Assembly: GCF_009914755.1 (NCBI RefSeq)
Contig: NC_060926.1
Direction: 5' to 3' (one strand)
DNA length: 64,000 nt
From: the human T2T-CHM13v2.0 reference genome, Homo sapiens
Part shown: positions 33,266 through 53,739 of the stretch, piece by piece
Numbering within the stretch: the stretch's first letter is position 1
Layout of the letters: each line of letters begins with the position of its first letter
Notes under the pieces: generated by a model
What the model was told of the DNA's origin: nothing
What the model saw: the letters and a program-made list of their open reading frames with translations, nothing else
Databases searched by the model: none
Position numbers and translations under genes: made by a program

Positions 33266-34366
33266 TCATATAATATAGACCTAGAAGACACCTAGACAAA
33301 TAGGGCAGTATGTCAAACTTCTTTTTTTTTTTTTTTTTTTTTTAGGAGATGGGGATGAAGAGGTCCAGACATTCCCCTAAATCAGTAAATATTTATTAGG
33401 TGCCTATACGAGGTATAGGAAAGTTTTCTGAGCACTGATCTGAAGAGGACAGAGAATAACATAAGCCACTTTCCTTTAGGAAGTTTACAACCCTATAAAG
33501 ACATATATAAGTGAAAAGCAATATAAGAGCTTTCAAATGCCAAAAGAGGGTATTAGACCCCCCCCCCCAAAAAAAAAAACTATAGGATGACAGAGGAAAA
33601 GAGGTGACCATGGAAGGAAGTCAGGGAAGTCTCCCTAGAGGGTGATGATAACAATACTAATTGTAGTACTGAGGTAGCTAATGCTTTGTCCTTACTCTAT
33701 GCCAGATGCTTTAAATGCTTAACTTGCATAATCTCATTTGATTCTTACATCAGTCTTACAAGGAGGGAACTATGATATAGTAGAAATAATGCATCCAGGG
33801 TCAAAGGACTTGAGGTCTCGTCCTTACTTAGGCCATCGGGGCTCGGTCTCTCATGGTATCATTGTTACTAGTGTTATAGGACTTGTTCATATGGAGCAAT
33901 CAAATCATTCTGGGAGCAGCTACAATGGGATGATGATGATTTTTAGGAAAGGGCTGTTCAAGGACAGGCACCTCCCTCATGGGCCTCAGCTACTCAGTGG
34001 AATAATATGCCTGGCATATACTAGACATCCATAAGTCTTTGCTGCATTGTATCTTCTTCAATGAATTGAATCAGATACTTGCAGAGTTAGGTACCAGCAG
34101 GTGCCGGCCACATCTATAAGTGTAGAGAAATACTAATAACAACTGGTAAAAGAGCAGTAAGTAACAATAAAGATTAAACACCTACTTTACACAGAACATT
34201 TTTGACATATAAAATCCATAAAGTAAATATGGGTGGTAATTTATTACTATTTCTGAAAAGGGAGAAACTGAGGTACCAAAGCACCATAAATGCTTTGTAT
34301 AGGTTTATGTATATTTAAACAGTCCATGAATCAACCTGAGGTTTGAAATTCTCTTTCTGGACTTTA

Positions 34367-35580
<1,214 letters not shown>

Positions 35581-35624
35581 AGTTTTTTCTTTTATGCATG
35601 ATGGAATCATGTTTAATACAATCT

Positions 35625-35825
35625 TTGGTGGTTCTCAAGTTTGCACATTAGATTCACCTGGGGAGCTTTAAAATGCCTGAACCCCATGGAATTCAGATTT
35701 TAATTTGTGTAGGGTGGTACTCAAGCATTGAAACTAAAACAAAGAAACAAATCAAGCAAAGCAAAACAAAACCACCAAAAAAACTTGTAAGGGGATCCTA
35801 TTGTGCAGCCAGTGTTGAAAACCAC
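35625..35825. mobile_element. MER5A-like remnant
   Basis: GTGGTTCTCAAGTTTGCACATTAGATTCACCTGGGGAGCTT..GTGCAGCCAGTGTTGAAAACCAC. Confidence 0.65.
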
Positions 35826-35831
35826 AGATCT

Positions 35832-35886
35832 GGTTGAACCATATGAAATTACCAACATAAAAATGGCAATATCATATGGTATAACT
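35832..35886. mobile_element. MADE2-like palindromic mariner MITE
   Basis: GGTTGAACCATATGAAATT...AATATCATATGGTATAAC inverted termini. Confidence 0.7.
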
Positions 35887-36029
35887 GAATAAAAGGATAA
35901 AGGAAAAAAAACAGCATGTTTGAAAAAAAATGTGTTGAGATGGACGCCTATTTGTAAGTTTATTTGTATTTGCCTTTAGCTAAATGTGTGTAAATATACA
36001 GTTATACATATATGCATTTCTCAATTTCA

Positions 36030-36485
<456 letters not shown>

Positions 36486-36971
36486 TTATAACCTACAACT
36501 GCAGTGATGGCATATAGAGCTCATTATGCAGAAAGCGAAGGCTCTGAGTACACCAAAATCTGCCAAGTTTTAGCACTGGCACACCCTAAACACAGAAGAT
36601 GGGTGCCAACTACAAAGAGAACTAAGAGAGGCTAGACTGCTGGGCTGCCCCTCCTCTTGTAATGGGAAGCTGTCTATCAGGAAAATGAATGGAAACCATC
36701 AAACTCTGCCCTTTGCCTCCTGTTTTTCACCAGATAGAGGCAATAATGGCCTGGTTTCTCTCCATATAATTAGTATAATAAGTGTAAGTCTAAGGACCAC
36801 CTTTTTCCCTTAGTAAATATTGCTCTTTAAAAATAAAAGGGGGTGGGAGGGCTTAAAGGATTTTTTGTATTTTGACGTTGAAGTGGTGGGAGGTAAAGAT
36901 GTGACAGTTGATGCCAAAAATGCGAATGACTACTTCATTAATGCCAGTTAGTCATAAAATGAGCCTTTCCC

Positions 36972-37136
36972 TTTTTTTTTTTTTTTTAGATGAGTCTCGT
37001 TTTGTTGCCCAGGCTGGAGTGCAGTGGCACGATCTTGGCTCATTCAACCTCTGCCTTCCTGGGTTCAAGTGATTCCCCCGCCTCAGCCTCCCCAGTAGCG
37101 GGGACTACAGGCATGCACCACCATGCCCAGCTAATT
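36972..37136 (-). mobile_element. Alu right arm, IDH1 intron 3 (a FLAM-like monomer also lies at 39045-39178)
   Basis: Reverse Alu arm with T tail. Confidence 0.8.
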
Positions 37137-39223
37137 CCTTCTGTAATTCTTGAGCAAGTGTTTGCTCTGGAAACAAGCCTACAATTTATTGGGTAAGTAA
37201 AGGAATCCATCAATGGTTTTCTACATACCAGAGAGTAATAGCTTAATATACACCAACACAAAGATTGCAGGTCATTCAGAGCTGAAAGAATGTTAGTTGT
37301 CCAGGGAGCATAGAAAATGACTGCAAAGCTTTATTTGAAGCATGCAATAGTTTGTTAAAAAGCAAGAAAACAAAATAATGTTTTGTTTATTCTGTTCTCC
37401 AAGGATTTAAAAGGTTTTTCAGCTCTTAAAACCTGCCTCTAGATTTCTTTTTGGTTCCCTTATCTTCCTTTCTTAGATCTCCTACCCAACTCATGATGCA
37501 AACAAAGAGATAGTAATCTTGACATATTTCCAAATAAAAATAACTTCCAACTGCTTCGACTTTAGATAATTCATATAAATCTAACAAAGTCATGTCCTTT
37601 GTTATCTTCTTGCATAGGAAATGTTGATCCAATCCCAACTCCAACAGGAAGTATGATCAGTAGTTTTCAAGTTCCTAGGAACCATTTCTCATAAGGAGAA
37701 TCTATCAGCAAATTATTAGATTTTTTGCTTGTCTTCTTAACATTTCTAAGAAGATAAGAAAGGAAGGAACAAATTGCCCAGACCACTGTCCAGCCTACAT
37801 AAAACAAACTACCTGCTCCATTCTCCTGAAAAAGAACCAGTCAGTGATAATAATAGGAATTTTGGAAAAATTTAAAACTTGTTTGAGCCTCCAAAAATTA
37901 TCTAGTCTGCAGCCACCAAATTTTTTCCTCCTAGTCATAGTGACTCCCCTTTAAAACTCCTCATGATTCCACACTAAAGAGGCTCAAAGCATCTTTAGTT
38001 GCAGCCATTATAAGGAAAAGAACCCTGCCAGTTCACCTACTGTCATGTAAAGTCCTGAAACAGGAGTTCCTAAGATGCTTTTTTTTTTTTAACCTAGTTG
38101 GAAGATGTTTTTATGCCTAATTTCTTATGTTTGGTTGACTTCTGCAAGTATTTATATCTTATCATGATTTCTATTTATCATGATTTCAATATAGACATCA
38201 GCAGCTTAGGTTTAGAACAATTAAAAAGTATGTTTAATGACATTATGTGAATTAAATGTCTCCACTCAAACAGGTCCTTAGGACAAATTTTGATGACTAA
38301 TTCTGGGCTGAGGCAAACACACTTAGAGTTGCCAATAGTTTGGCTGAAACGTGTTGCTCAATATTTTTCTATGCCAGTCTTCAGCCACTTTACCCTTTTA
38401 AAAATTCTATCTCTACCTAAAGGTACAAAGAACAGAAGCAAGTTTATGAAAAACACAGCGAAAAAAATGAGAGAATTACATAGACTTTTGCCTCTGTCCC
38501 CAGGCACTTTACACACAGGGCAAAGGGACACAGGATTTAAGGGAATTTTGCTGGAAAGGAGGGGTTCAACTAAGAAACATCATGAATTCTTTCTGCACTA
38601 CAATTGTATGAAAAGGGCAAAAGGTGAGGCATGAAAAGGAAACAGGTCCATTGACTAAGTAAAGTGATAGAAAATTGAGTTTGAAATGACAAAATTGTGT
38701 TAACTGCATTTAGTTTACTGTTTCTTACATCCTCTCTTATTTCCCTTTTCTCAATACATTGTACTATTCTTAGCCACTGTTTTATTACAAATAAAACCTT
38801 CACAGGAAACAGAAGGTTAGAAGAATCTGAAAATCATTCTTTCCCTTATAATTCTTGACTTTTAGATGATAAATCCAGTTTTTCTAGCAGTATGTTAAAA
38901 TTAGAAGATTCATCTGAATATATTTAGGCTTAAAACAAACTTTATTCACAAAACACAGCTATATCTATATAAAAAAAGCTAACTTCACCTCAAAATAATT
39001 CAGATTATATTCTTTTTTTTTTTCCTGTTTCTCCTTCCCTTTTTTTTCCTTTTTTTTTTAAAGTGATGGGGTCTCACTCTGTTGCCCAGGCTGGACTTGA
39101 ATTCCTGGTCTTGAGGGATCCTCCTGCCTCTGCCTCCTAAGTAGCTGGGACTTCACGTGTGCACCACCATGCCCAGCCAGATTATCCTTTCTGAGTTTGC
39201 TACACGGAGGGGTAACTCATTTA

Positions 39224-39391
<168 letters not shown>

Positions 39392-41680
39392 TCATTTATT
39401 TCATTATAAAGTGAAATATATAAACAACGTAGTGTTTATATAAACAACGTAGTGACTACTAAAAGAACAATTCATGCAATTCAATTTATGTGTAGTTGAA
39501 TAAAAAGCTAGTAACAGCAATTCTATTTACCATTAGAATTGAGTATCTTCTCTGAACAAAGTATTGTGTTATGTTTCACACGCGGTTTCTGAGCTAGCCC
39601 TCATAACAATCCAAAAAAATGGCCATCATTTCCCCATTTTACTTTGTTAAAAAAAAAAGAGCTTTCCCAAGGCCACCTAGCTAGAGCGTGGCAGAGCCTG
39701 ACCCTATAACGTGCCCTTCATAATGCAATCATTATTCTCAACTACTGGTTTGTCTTAAGAAATGAGATTATTTCCACAATCTCATGTTTATTGAACACTT
39801 CAGTCCAACTCATCATTTTACTGAGCTCTCAAGATGTCCAGAATGGTGAGTGCTAGCATTTCTCCTCCTTTAAGAGGCTGTTTTTGTTATTTAATAAAAA
39901 TAACTAGCCATGAGGAGATTCAGCTGGTTCCTGTGACCCATATTCAGGGAAACTTTAAGTCTAAAAGCGAGACGAAGAATTCCTGGTGGAACTGTTTTCC
40001 TAGAGATAACACAGACATTGGAGATGTGGGGCTAAATACAACAAAGTGATTTCTCAATTAGAAGAATCTCTATACAGTAGGGCCACTGCCCAGGACCCAA
40101 GCATGTCCCTGTCATCTTCTTCTGGCTGTTCACAGGCAAGGGTAAGCTGCTAGTGAGTGGGATAGGACAAACTGTGCATTGTCCTAGGAAGACAGCACTT
40201 TAAGGATAGGGTGTGGGGGTAGCATATACAAATCAATCTGATTCTCAGAAAGTGCAAGGTTGGACGCTTTGGAAGAAATGAAACTGTCCCAGCTTGTCCC
40301 TAGAGGCAGAAGAAGCTCTGAGCCTGCTAAAAGTTATCTATTCCTTCTAATGATGCTCTAATCGAAACGCTTTTTTAATCCAACAACACAGCTGCAAATT
40401 GCTTTTATTCTCTTAAGGACTAAAAAAGTCAAGAGAATTGACTTTAAAGAATTATTAGATAAGAAGCCTAAAATAGTCTTTCTTGAAAAATTGAGCTAAA
40501 GTAATTTGGTCTTTAAATAAAAATGTAATGATTAGTAGACAGTAAGCGTCTGTTTCTTGACAAGCCTGGATGTATTTCCAATCCCCAGGCCCATTTTCAC
40601 TTCCCAAATTCGCAATTCTAGAATTCTTCTTACTAGTGTTTAGGAGATTCCTTTGGGGGAACCTTCTGGAACTGAACTAGACTAAAAGAAATGAACAGAA
40701 TGGTGTGGATGAGTCAATTACTTCCCATTTGTAATGTCAAGTATAATTTGTAGTACAGCTGAAAGCATATGATTCAGTTCATGTTTGATTCCACTGTCAC
40801 ACCTATCCTTGTTTTAAAACAAAGCAAAAAAGGAGGCAGTGAACTTATCTGGTTCCTGATAATACACTTCCATGGCCATGTCCCTATATAGTATGATGCA
40901 ACAGTCATGACATGGCAATTTATTCTTGATGGCAAATACAGTTAATAGAGGTCAAATATTGTACCTAAAATGTGAAGACTGATATCTTTTTAGTTCACTA
41001 TTTCCTTCTCAGTTAAAGCAACTGTACTCTCTGCAGTAATCTTTCTTTATCTCATAATGCATACTTCAGACGCTTCAGGTTTTCCTCACATTACTTAGCC
41101 ATGAAATTTTTACCATCTTTTAACTAAAACAGTGAAGCTTTATTGTTACTACCATGTGGAACATAATTGTATTTCTTCTGGATCTGATTTCCATGGGATG
41201 GGCTTGAGGCCCCACTGGACTGACTTCTCCACCTTTGTTGCCCCTCAGATTTTGTCTCCAACCCAATCCCAACTTCAGAAGGAAGGGCTGTTCCAAGACC
41301 AGCAGGCACCAGCTCATATAAAGTAGCTGAATCCTATCTCCTAACATAATTGTGCAATTCCAGAAAATAAACCTGGAATAACAATACAGAGTAGTTTAAT
41401 GAAAAAAAAGAGCCATTTAATATTATTTTCATCAACCTCAAGTTTTTGGCCAGATTGTTTTTTGCCGAGTTCATGAACTACAATAATTTCTGGGCAAAAA
41501 GGATCTCTTGCAGATAAGACACTGTATTAAAAGAAACAAGGAAGCTGTTGGAATTCGTTGTTGGAAATATTCCTCACTCATTCCCTTGCAGTGCCTCGGC
41601 CTGCCCCCAAGACCAGTTAAACACTGTACTGCCACATCAAAGAAAGTACAGAAGAAGGGGGAAAATTTGCTAATTCTCAC

Positions 41681-41754
41681 CTTGACAGTGAATAGATTTC
41701 TTATCACCCCAGTTCCTCCCAGTCTTGCAGACTCAACTGAATGTAGTTTATCGC
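41681..41754 (-). other. IDH1: IDH1 non-coding exon 2 (74 nt)
   Basis: TTTTAG|GCGATAAACTAC...CACTGTCAAG|GTGAG; matches remembered IDH1 5'UTR. Confidence 0.88.
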
Positions 41755-41899
41755 CTAAAACAAAACAAGGAATAAAAGTGTTAACATACAGAACACTCAC
41801 AGGAGAATTTAGCTGTTTTTAGTACCTGCCAGACAGCCCAGTTTATCCGGTTTAAAGTACAGTGCTGAGTGTACTCGGTGGGACAAAGGCCAATTTTAG

Positions 41900-43390
41900 G
41901 CCCGCAGGCACTTTCCAAATAAAGGTCATGGGAGCACAATTTATCTCTGCGTGTGCGAGGGCGTGCCCCCGCTTCGCCGCCCGTTAGCAGGTCTTGGGGT
42001 TTGCATGTCCTTGCTCTTGGCCTGCACCCGTCCTTATGGCCGTTGTGCAAGAGGGCTGCAATCAAGGCTGGATCGGTACCTCCTTCCAGGTCTCCACGCC
42101 CGCCCCTCCCCTCCCCTCCCCTCGCTGGTGCTGGGACCTTTTAAACTCCAGGCACCCGGAACTGGCGGGGGTGTTTCCCCCAGCCCCCTCTCGCCCCGTG
42201 TGGCCTAGCGACCCCTCTGAAGGCCGCTGGAGCTCCGCCCCTCCACGCCCCCTGGCGGACGCGAGGGATCGGCTTCAAGGCTATTCCTCGCCGCCTGAGT
42301 TGCCTGCAGACGCCCGTCTGCGGCTTACAGCCTTCTTTGCATCCAGCCCCCAGCTGCTGCACGTTTTCTTCCTCCTACACTCCAGGCTTAGTCTTCTACA
42401 TGCATTCTTGCAACTTCCACCCCTCGATTTTCCAACCCAAGTGCAGACCTGATTTTCCCCTTGTCGTTGCATCCAACTTCCTCACCGCCCAGTTTCTCCC
42501 TCCCAGGCCCAAAAGCAGACCTTCTGCATATCCAAGCATCCAGCATCCCCTCCTTCCCTTTTCTTTTCCCATTCTCAATACCTGGATTTGTTCCCTTCTT
42601 TGCACGCAGGCCTTGACTCCCTCCACACCCAAGATCTGCGCTTTTTTCCTTTACCCCATTCCTGCCTTCTGCGGAATTAGAGCCACCCCTCCACAGCCAG
42701 GGACCGGGGCCGCCCCTTGGAGCCTGAGGTTACCTGCCGGGATGATATGCTGGCGAAGAGTTGGGGCGCCACAGCCGCTCACAAGCTCAGACTCACAACC
42801 ACAGCCTGGCAATCCCAAACCGGACTCCCAGTGCCTCCGCTTCTGAAGTAGACTCTGCAGAAACCCGGGACCACAGGGTAGGTCCGAGCTTTTCCTCTTC
42901 CCGGCTTTGTCCCCTCCCAGGCCCCGCCTCCTCAGCCCACCTCCCCCAGCCCCGCCCCCGACACGCCTCCAATCGCCACACGCCAATTCCCGTGGGATGG
43001 GCGGAGTCAGCGAGAGGGGCGTGGCCACAGTCAAAGATGGAGAATCCATGGTGCCACTTTCCCGGTGATCCCGGTGGGGGAAGGGGTTGCCGCCCGGCAG
43101 AGATTCAGTCCCGAATCCCGACAGCGAAGAGACTTGTATGCCACCTGCAGGCCGGGGAGCGGGGCGCGCTGGGGCTGCACCACCCCGAACTTTGTAACAA
43201 TCTAGAGCACCACAGAGTGTTTCCAGGTCGGCACAAAAGCGAACGGGACAGGGCGCCCTGGGCGGCGGCAGCTTGGCCGGCCCGCTGCCTAGCGCGCCCC
43301 CGAGGGGCGGTAATGGAACGTACCTTTGGCTGAAGAAAGAGTGCTCCCGGCCAGCGCGGGGTCGCCTAGGGGGTTCCGCGCTGCCTAATG
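41900..43390. promoter_or_regulatory. IDH1 CpG island / bidirectional promoter (shared with the IDH1-AS1 lncRNA by prior knowledge)
   Basis: High GC and CpG; GC boxes ~42922 and ~42950; CCAAT at 42969 and 42983; SRE-like GTGGGCTGAG (minus) at 42931-42940. Confidence 0.88.
42734..42866 (-). other. IDH1: IDH1 non-coding exon 1 (start site approximate)
   Basis: CAG|GTAACC donor at 42733; inside CpG island, downstream of GC and CCAAT boxes. Confidence 0.8.
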
Positions 43391-43483
43391 CAAAGGATGG
43401 AAAAGTTACAGAAGCAGGTCCTGACACCACCTATGTCTAGGTCTTTAGAAACTCCATTGATTGTTTGCATTAGAAGATAATGA

Positions 43484-44336
<853 letters not shown>

Positions 44337-44551
44337 TAACATTGAATTAGTACATTATTCTTTGAAGATAAACTGATCTACGTGGTACTACTCAAGGTGC
44401 ACTTTGGACACCAGAGGGCACTGGTATTTTTCCCGAGAGAAAAGAAAAAAGCATACACCTTGTCAACTTGGTTTTTGAGGTGGCTTAAGGGATATTGGCA
44501 GCCACCTCCATTTATTCCTGTAGAACTGTTTAGAGAGGTATATGAGCTTTT

Positions 44552-45539
44552 TGAAGGGGGTCTGACCCTCCACACCTGTGGGTATTTCTCATCAGGTGGA
44601 GCCGAGAGACTGAGAAAAGAAATAAGACACAGAGACAAAGTATATAGAAAGAACAGTGGGCCCAGGAGACTGGCGCTCAATGTGCAAGGACCCGCACCAG
44701 CGCTGGTCTCTGAGTTCCCTCAGTATTTATTGATCACTATTTTTACTATCTTGGCGAGGGGAGTGTGGCAGGGCAACAGGGTGATGGTGGGGAGAAGGTC
44801 AGCAGGAAACATGTGAGCAAAGGAATCTGTATCATGAATAAGTTCAAGGAAAGGTACTACGCCTGGATGTACACATAGGCTAGATTTATGTTTCACTTTA
44901 CACAAACATCTCAGTGTAGCAAAGAGTAACAGAGCAGTATTGCTGCCAGCATATCTCGCCTCCAGCCACAGGGCGGTTTTCTCCTATCTCAGAATAGAAC
45001 GAATGGTCAGCTTTACACTGAGACATTCCATTCCCAGGGACGAGCAGGAGACAGAAACCTTCCTCTTAACTGCAAAGAGGCCTCCCTCTTTCACTACTCC
45101 TCCTCAGCACAGACCCTTCACGGGTGTCAGGCTGGGGGATGTAAGGCCTTTCCTTTCCCACAAGGCCATATCTCAGGCTGTCTCAGTTGCGGGAAAGCTT
45201 GGACAATACCCAGGCTTTCTTGGGCAGAGGTCCCTGCGGCTTTCCACAGTGCATTGTGTCCCTGGTTAATAGAGAATGGAGAATGGTGATGACTTTTACT
45301 AGGCATACTGCCTGCAAACATACTGTTAACAAGGCACATCCTGCACAGCCCCAAATCCATTAAACCTTGATTCAATACAGCACATGTTTCTGTGAGCACA
45401 GGGTTGGGGCTAAAGTTACAGATTAACAGCATCTCAAAGCAGAATAATTGTTCTTAGTACAGATCACAATGGACTTTCTTATGTCTTCCATTTCTACATA
45501 GACACAGTAACAATCTGATCTCCCTTTCTTTTCTCCACT
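44552..45539 (-). mobile_element. Solo LTR5 (HERV-K HML-2, probably LTR5A/B)
   Basis: Minus strand starts (A)GTGGAGAAAAGAAAGGGAGATCAGATTGTTACTGTGTCTATGTAG and ends CCCACAGGTGTGGAGGG..CCCCTTCA; ~990 bp; TSD not clear. Confidence 0.9.
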
Positions 45540-45962
45540 CTTAATTTTCATCTTGAATCTGATGCCCTAAGACACCTGAGACTGTAATTACTTTATATTA
45601 TATCAGGTTCACATTGCTTATTACCCCTTTCTCCCTACCGAAAGTAAGCATTCATATCCTTTCTTGTTCCCAAAATAATGTAGGGCAGCCATAAAAACAC
45701 ATCAAATATAGCACAATAAAAACATTGACTATAATTGAGAAAAATAAGGTTAAAAAATGAATAGCTATAGGATGTTATATAGAACCAAGGCAAATTCAAT
45801 CATCAAACATGTTATATCAAATCCTAAACACTTGCTAGAGATGGCTGCAAATTTGGCTTTAAGCCAATGTACTAGTAAAGGTGGCAGTTATTGGAGTCTC
45901 AGCATCTAAAACAGTGTTTCCTAAGCCAGTAATGGAGGAGTTGATTTTCCACTGAAAAATCT

Positions 45963-48173
<2,211 letters not shown>

Positions 48174-48697
48174 GGAAAAATGCTTTTAAAAGTCTTAGTC
48201 AACATACTATTGATGTCTACATATTTTAAAAAATTATTTGTATTACTTCCATGTTGGTTGTGTTGGTTAGAATGGATTTGATTATATTGCTTTCATGTCA
48301 TTTGTGTTGGTTTGTATTGGATGTTTCCTTTTTGTTTCTTTAATGTTTAAATGGCTGTGACAAATGTCTTTATCTTCCTTTTTTAAAACACAGATCAATT
48401 CTTTGGGCTACATTGCTAGAATGGGAATTATTAGATCATGAAGTATAAATATATTTAAGGTGCTTGTTAAATCCACCAAATCATTTTCTAGGGGGGAATA
48501 TACCAATTTATATTTTCACATGCAGTGTAAGAGAGTGCTAATTTTATTGCATCCTAGCTGGAACTTAGTTTCATAATTTTTACAAACATGTCTGCATCCC
48601 TACTAAAAGGAATTGGTGCTCCTTTGAGAGCTGATTGATTCTAGGCCCGGGGCAGGGAAAGTTCAAGATGAGCCTGCTGGGTCAAAAAGTAAGGAAG

Positions 48698-51850
<3,153 letters not shown>

Positions 51851-52416
51851 TGGCGGAGAGAGAAAAAGAACAAAAAGTAACATGTGCTCAAAAGGTAATG
51901 GAGGCATGTCAAATGGACTCAGGAGTCTGCTGGAAGGGGCTCACACCAGCCAAGGCGGAGACACCTGGAGCACAGAAATGAATAGTGGCAGTAATGAACT
52001 ATAACATGTTGGAAAAAAATGAGTCCAAAGTCATACTAACCAATATAAAGAAAGAAAGAAAAAGATGGAACGCTATTAGTTGCAGTAAAATTCAACTAAT
52101 ACATACAGAGGAATAGAAGTATAATATCATCGAACAATAATTGATTCAGCAAGAATCCTAAATCTGTGCTTGAATGAAAGTTTTTGAGGAGGATATATAC
52201 ACAGACAAATAATCTCTCTACAGATAAAATTCATCTGGAATTAATTTTGGATGTCTAGTGTGAAGTGAGAATCTAAAATGATTTCTTTTGCAAAAACAGT
52301 AGCCCAGTTTTCAATCTCTTTTCCACAGAAATTAAACTGTAAGCTAATATAGATATTAGACGGTAAGCTTCTTGAGGACATGGACTGTGTAATGTTCACA
52401 TATATTTTTATTTTTT

Positions 52417-52441
52417 AGGCTAGTCAAGTGAAGCAGTGGGA
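52417..52441 (-). pseudogene. Y3 RNA 3'-fragment retrocopy
   Basis: Minus strand TCCCACTGCTTCACTTGACTAGCCT equals the remembered 3' end of human Y3, followed by an A-rich tail. Confidence 0.8.
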
Positions 52442-53739
52442 TACGTTCATAATTCTATCCTTAGTGTAGTGCTTCTATAACTAACACACTGCAGGTTAAA
52501 TTAGGGACTCAAAAATATTTGCGGAGTGCATTTTTTTTTTTTTTTTTTAAACCATAGATGGAGTTTCTACATACACTGCAGTCGTCGTGGCTGGGCAATT
52601 TATTCTTTTCATATGATCTCTGTACCTATTTCATACTTTATTGTAGGTTTATGAAATATTAACATATGGTGATAATTACGAGGGCCTTTTTTGCTTATCT
52701 TAAATTTTTAAAAAAAATTTTTTTAAAGGAAGGCAGAGACTTGAGCATCTTTATGGGCTGAGGAGGCAGAGTCATTGGAAAAGGGGAGGTTGCAGATACG
52801 GTGCAAGCTCCCAGACAGGAGAGGGTGAATTGGGGGCCAAAAGGATTGAGCTGGGGAAGAAGAGGCCCCTTCCTCAGAGAGATGAGGGAGAAAGGCAGAC
52901 CAGGGCAGATGTGGATGTAGGTAAATGTTGTGGTGTGTGGGGAATTAGCTTGTTAAGGGTCACGCCCAGATACCTTGGGATTTTTCACGTGGGTATAAAA
53001 TATGATTCTCTGATGAGAATGATGGTCAAGGTAATGTGGGGGTCGTGGTGGTGGTCTGACGCAGCAGTAATAAGGAATGGGAGAAGCTGACTACAGACTC
53101 CCAGAAAGATTGCTGAAGGGCCCAGCTGAGGATGGTGACTGGGATTTGCACTGGACTCAACCTGCAGGTTTCGATGGTGCTTTCCAACTCCAGGAAAACT
53201 GGGCTGGGATTTGACAAAACTCTTGAGGAAAAGGACTCACAGAATTTAAAACTGCATTTCCCTTTAGGTTTCGTCTGCTTTCCATCCTCCCCTACCAAGC
53301 CCCACAACTGCGGCGAGCATGTTTTCTGCAGTTAACTGCACTGCGCTCTCAGCAGGACGGAAATGACGAATAACTCTAGCCAAGCTGAACAAGATAGGGC
53401 TTGGGCTTGGTAACTTTATTTGCATCAGCATTTGCAACACAACACCTAAATGAAAAAATTAACTATAAAGCCGACATCACTTACTCTGGGTCAGGGAACT
53501 GTGCCATTCGCTTTAAGTGCATTTACTTAATCTCAAAAAAGTATTAAGAAGTGAGTCCTTTTATTAATCCGACTTTACACACCAGAGGTCTAAGGCCTAA
53601 ATAAATGAGCAATTTGCTTAAGATCATATGGCTGGTTATTGGTGGAGTCATGCAAGTCTGGAAACAGAGTCATCGCTAACTCCGGTTCAGTGCTACACGA
53701 GTGAACTGTCTACAACAAAGCAATAACATATTATGAGTG

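Noticed and set aside
42651-43430. 259-aa minus-strand ORF (and 190-aa plus-strand ORF) across the IDH1 promoter
   Set aside because: GC-rich CpG island depleted of stops, non-ATG starts, low-complexity G/P/R composition, no recognisable domain
52530-52600. Poly-T followed by a short CpG-containing stretch, a possible further retro-insertion
   Set aside because: No convincing TSD and no recognisable source
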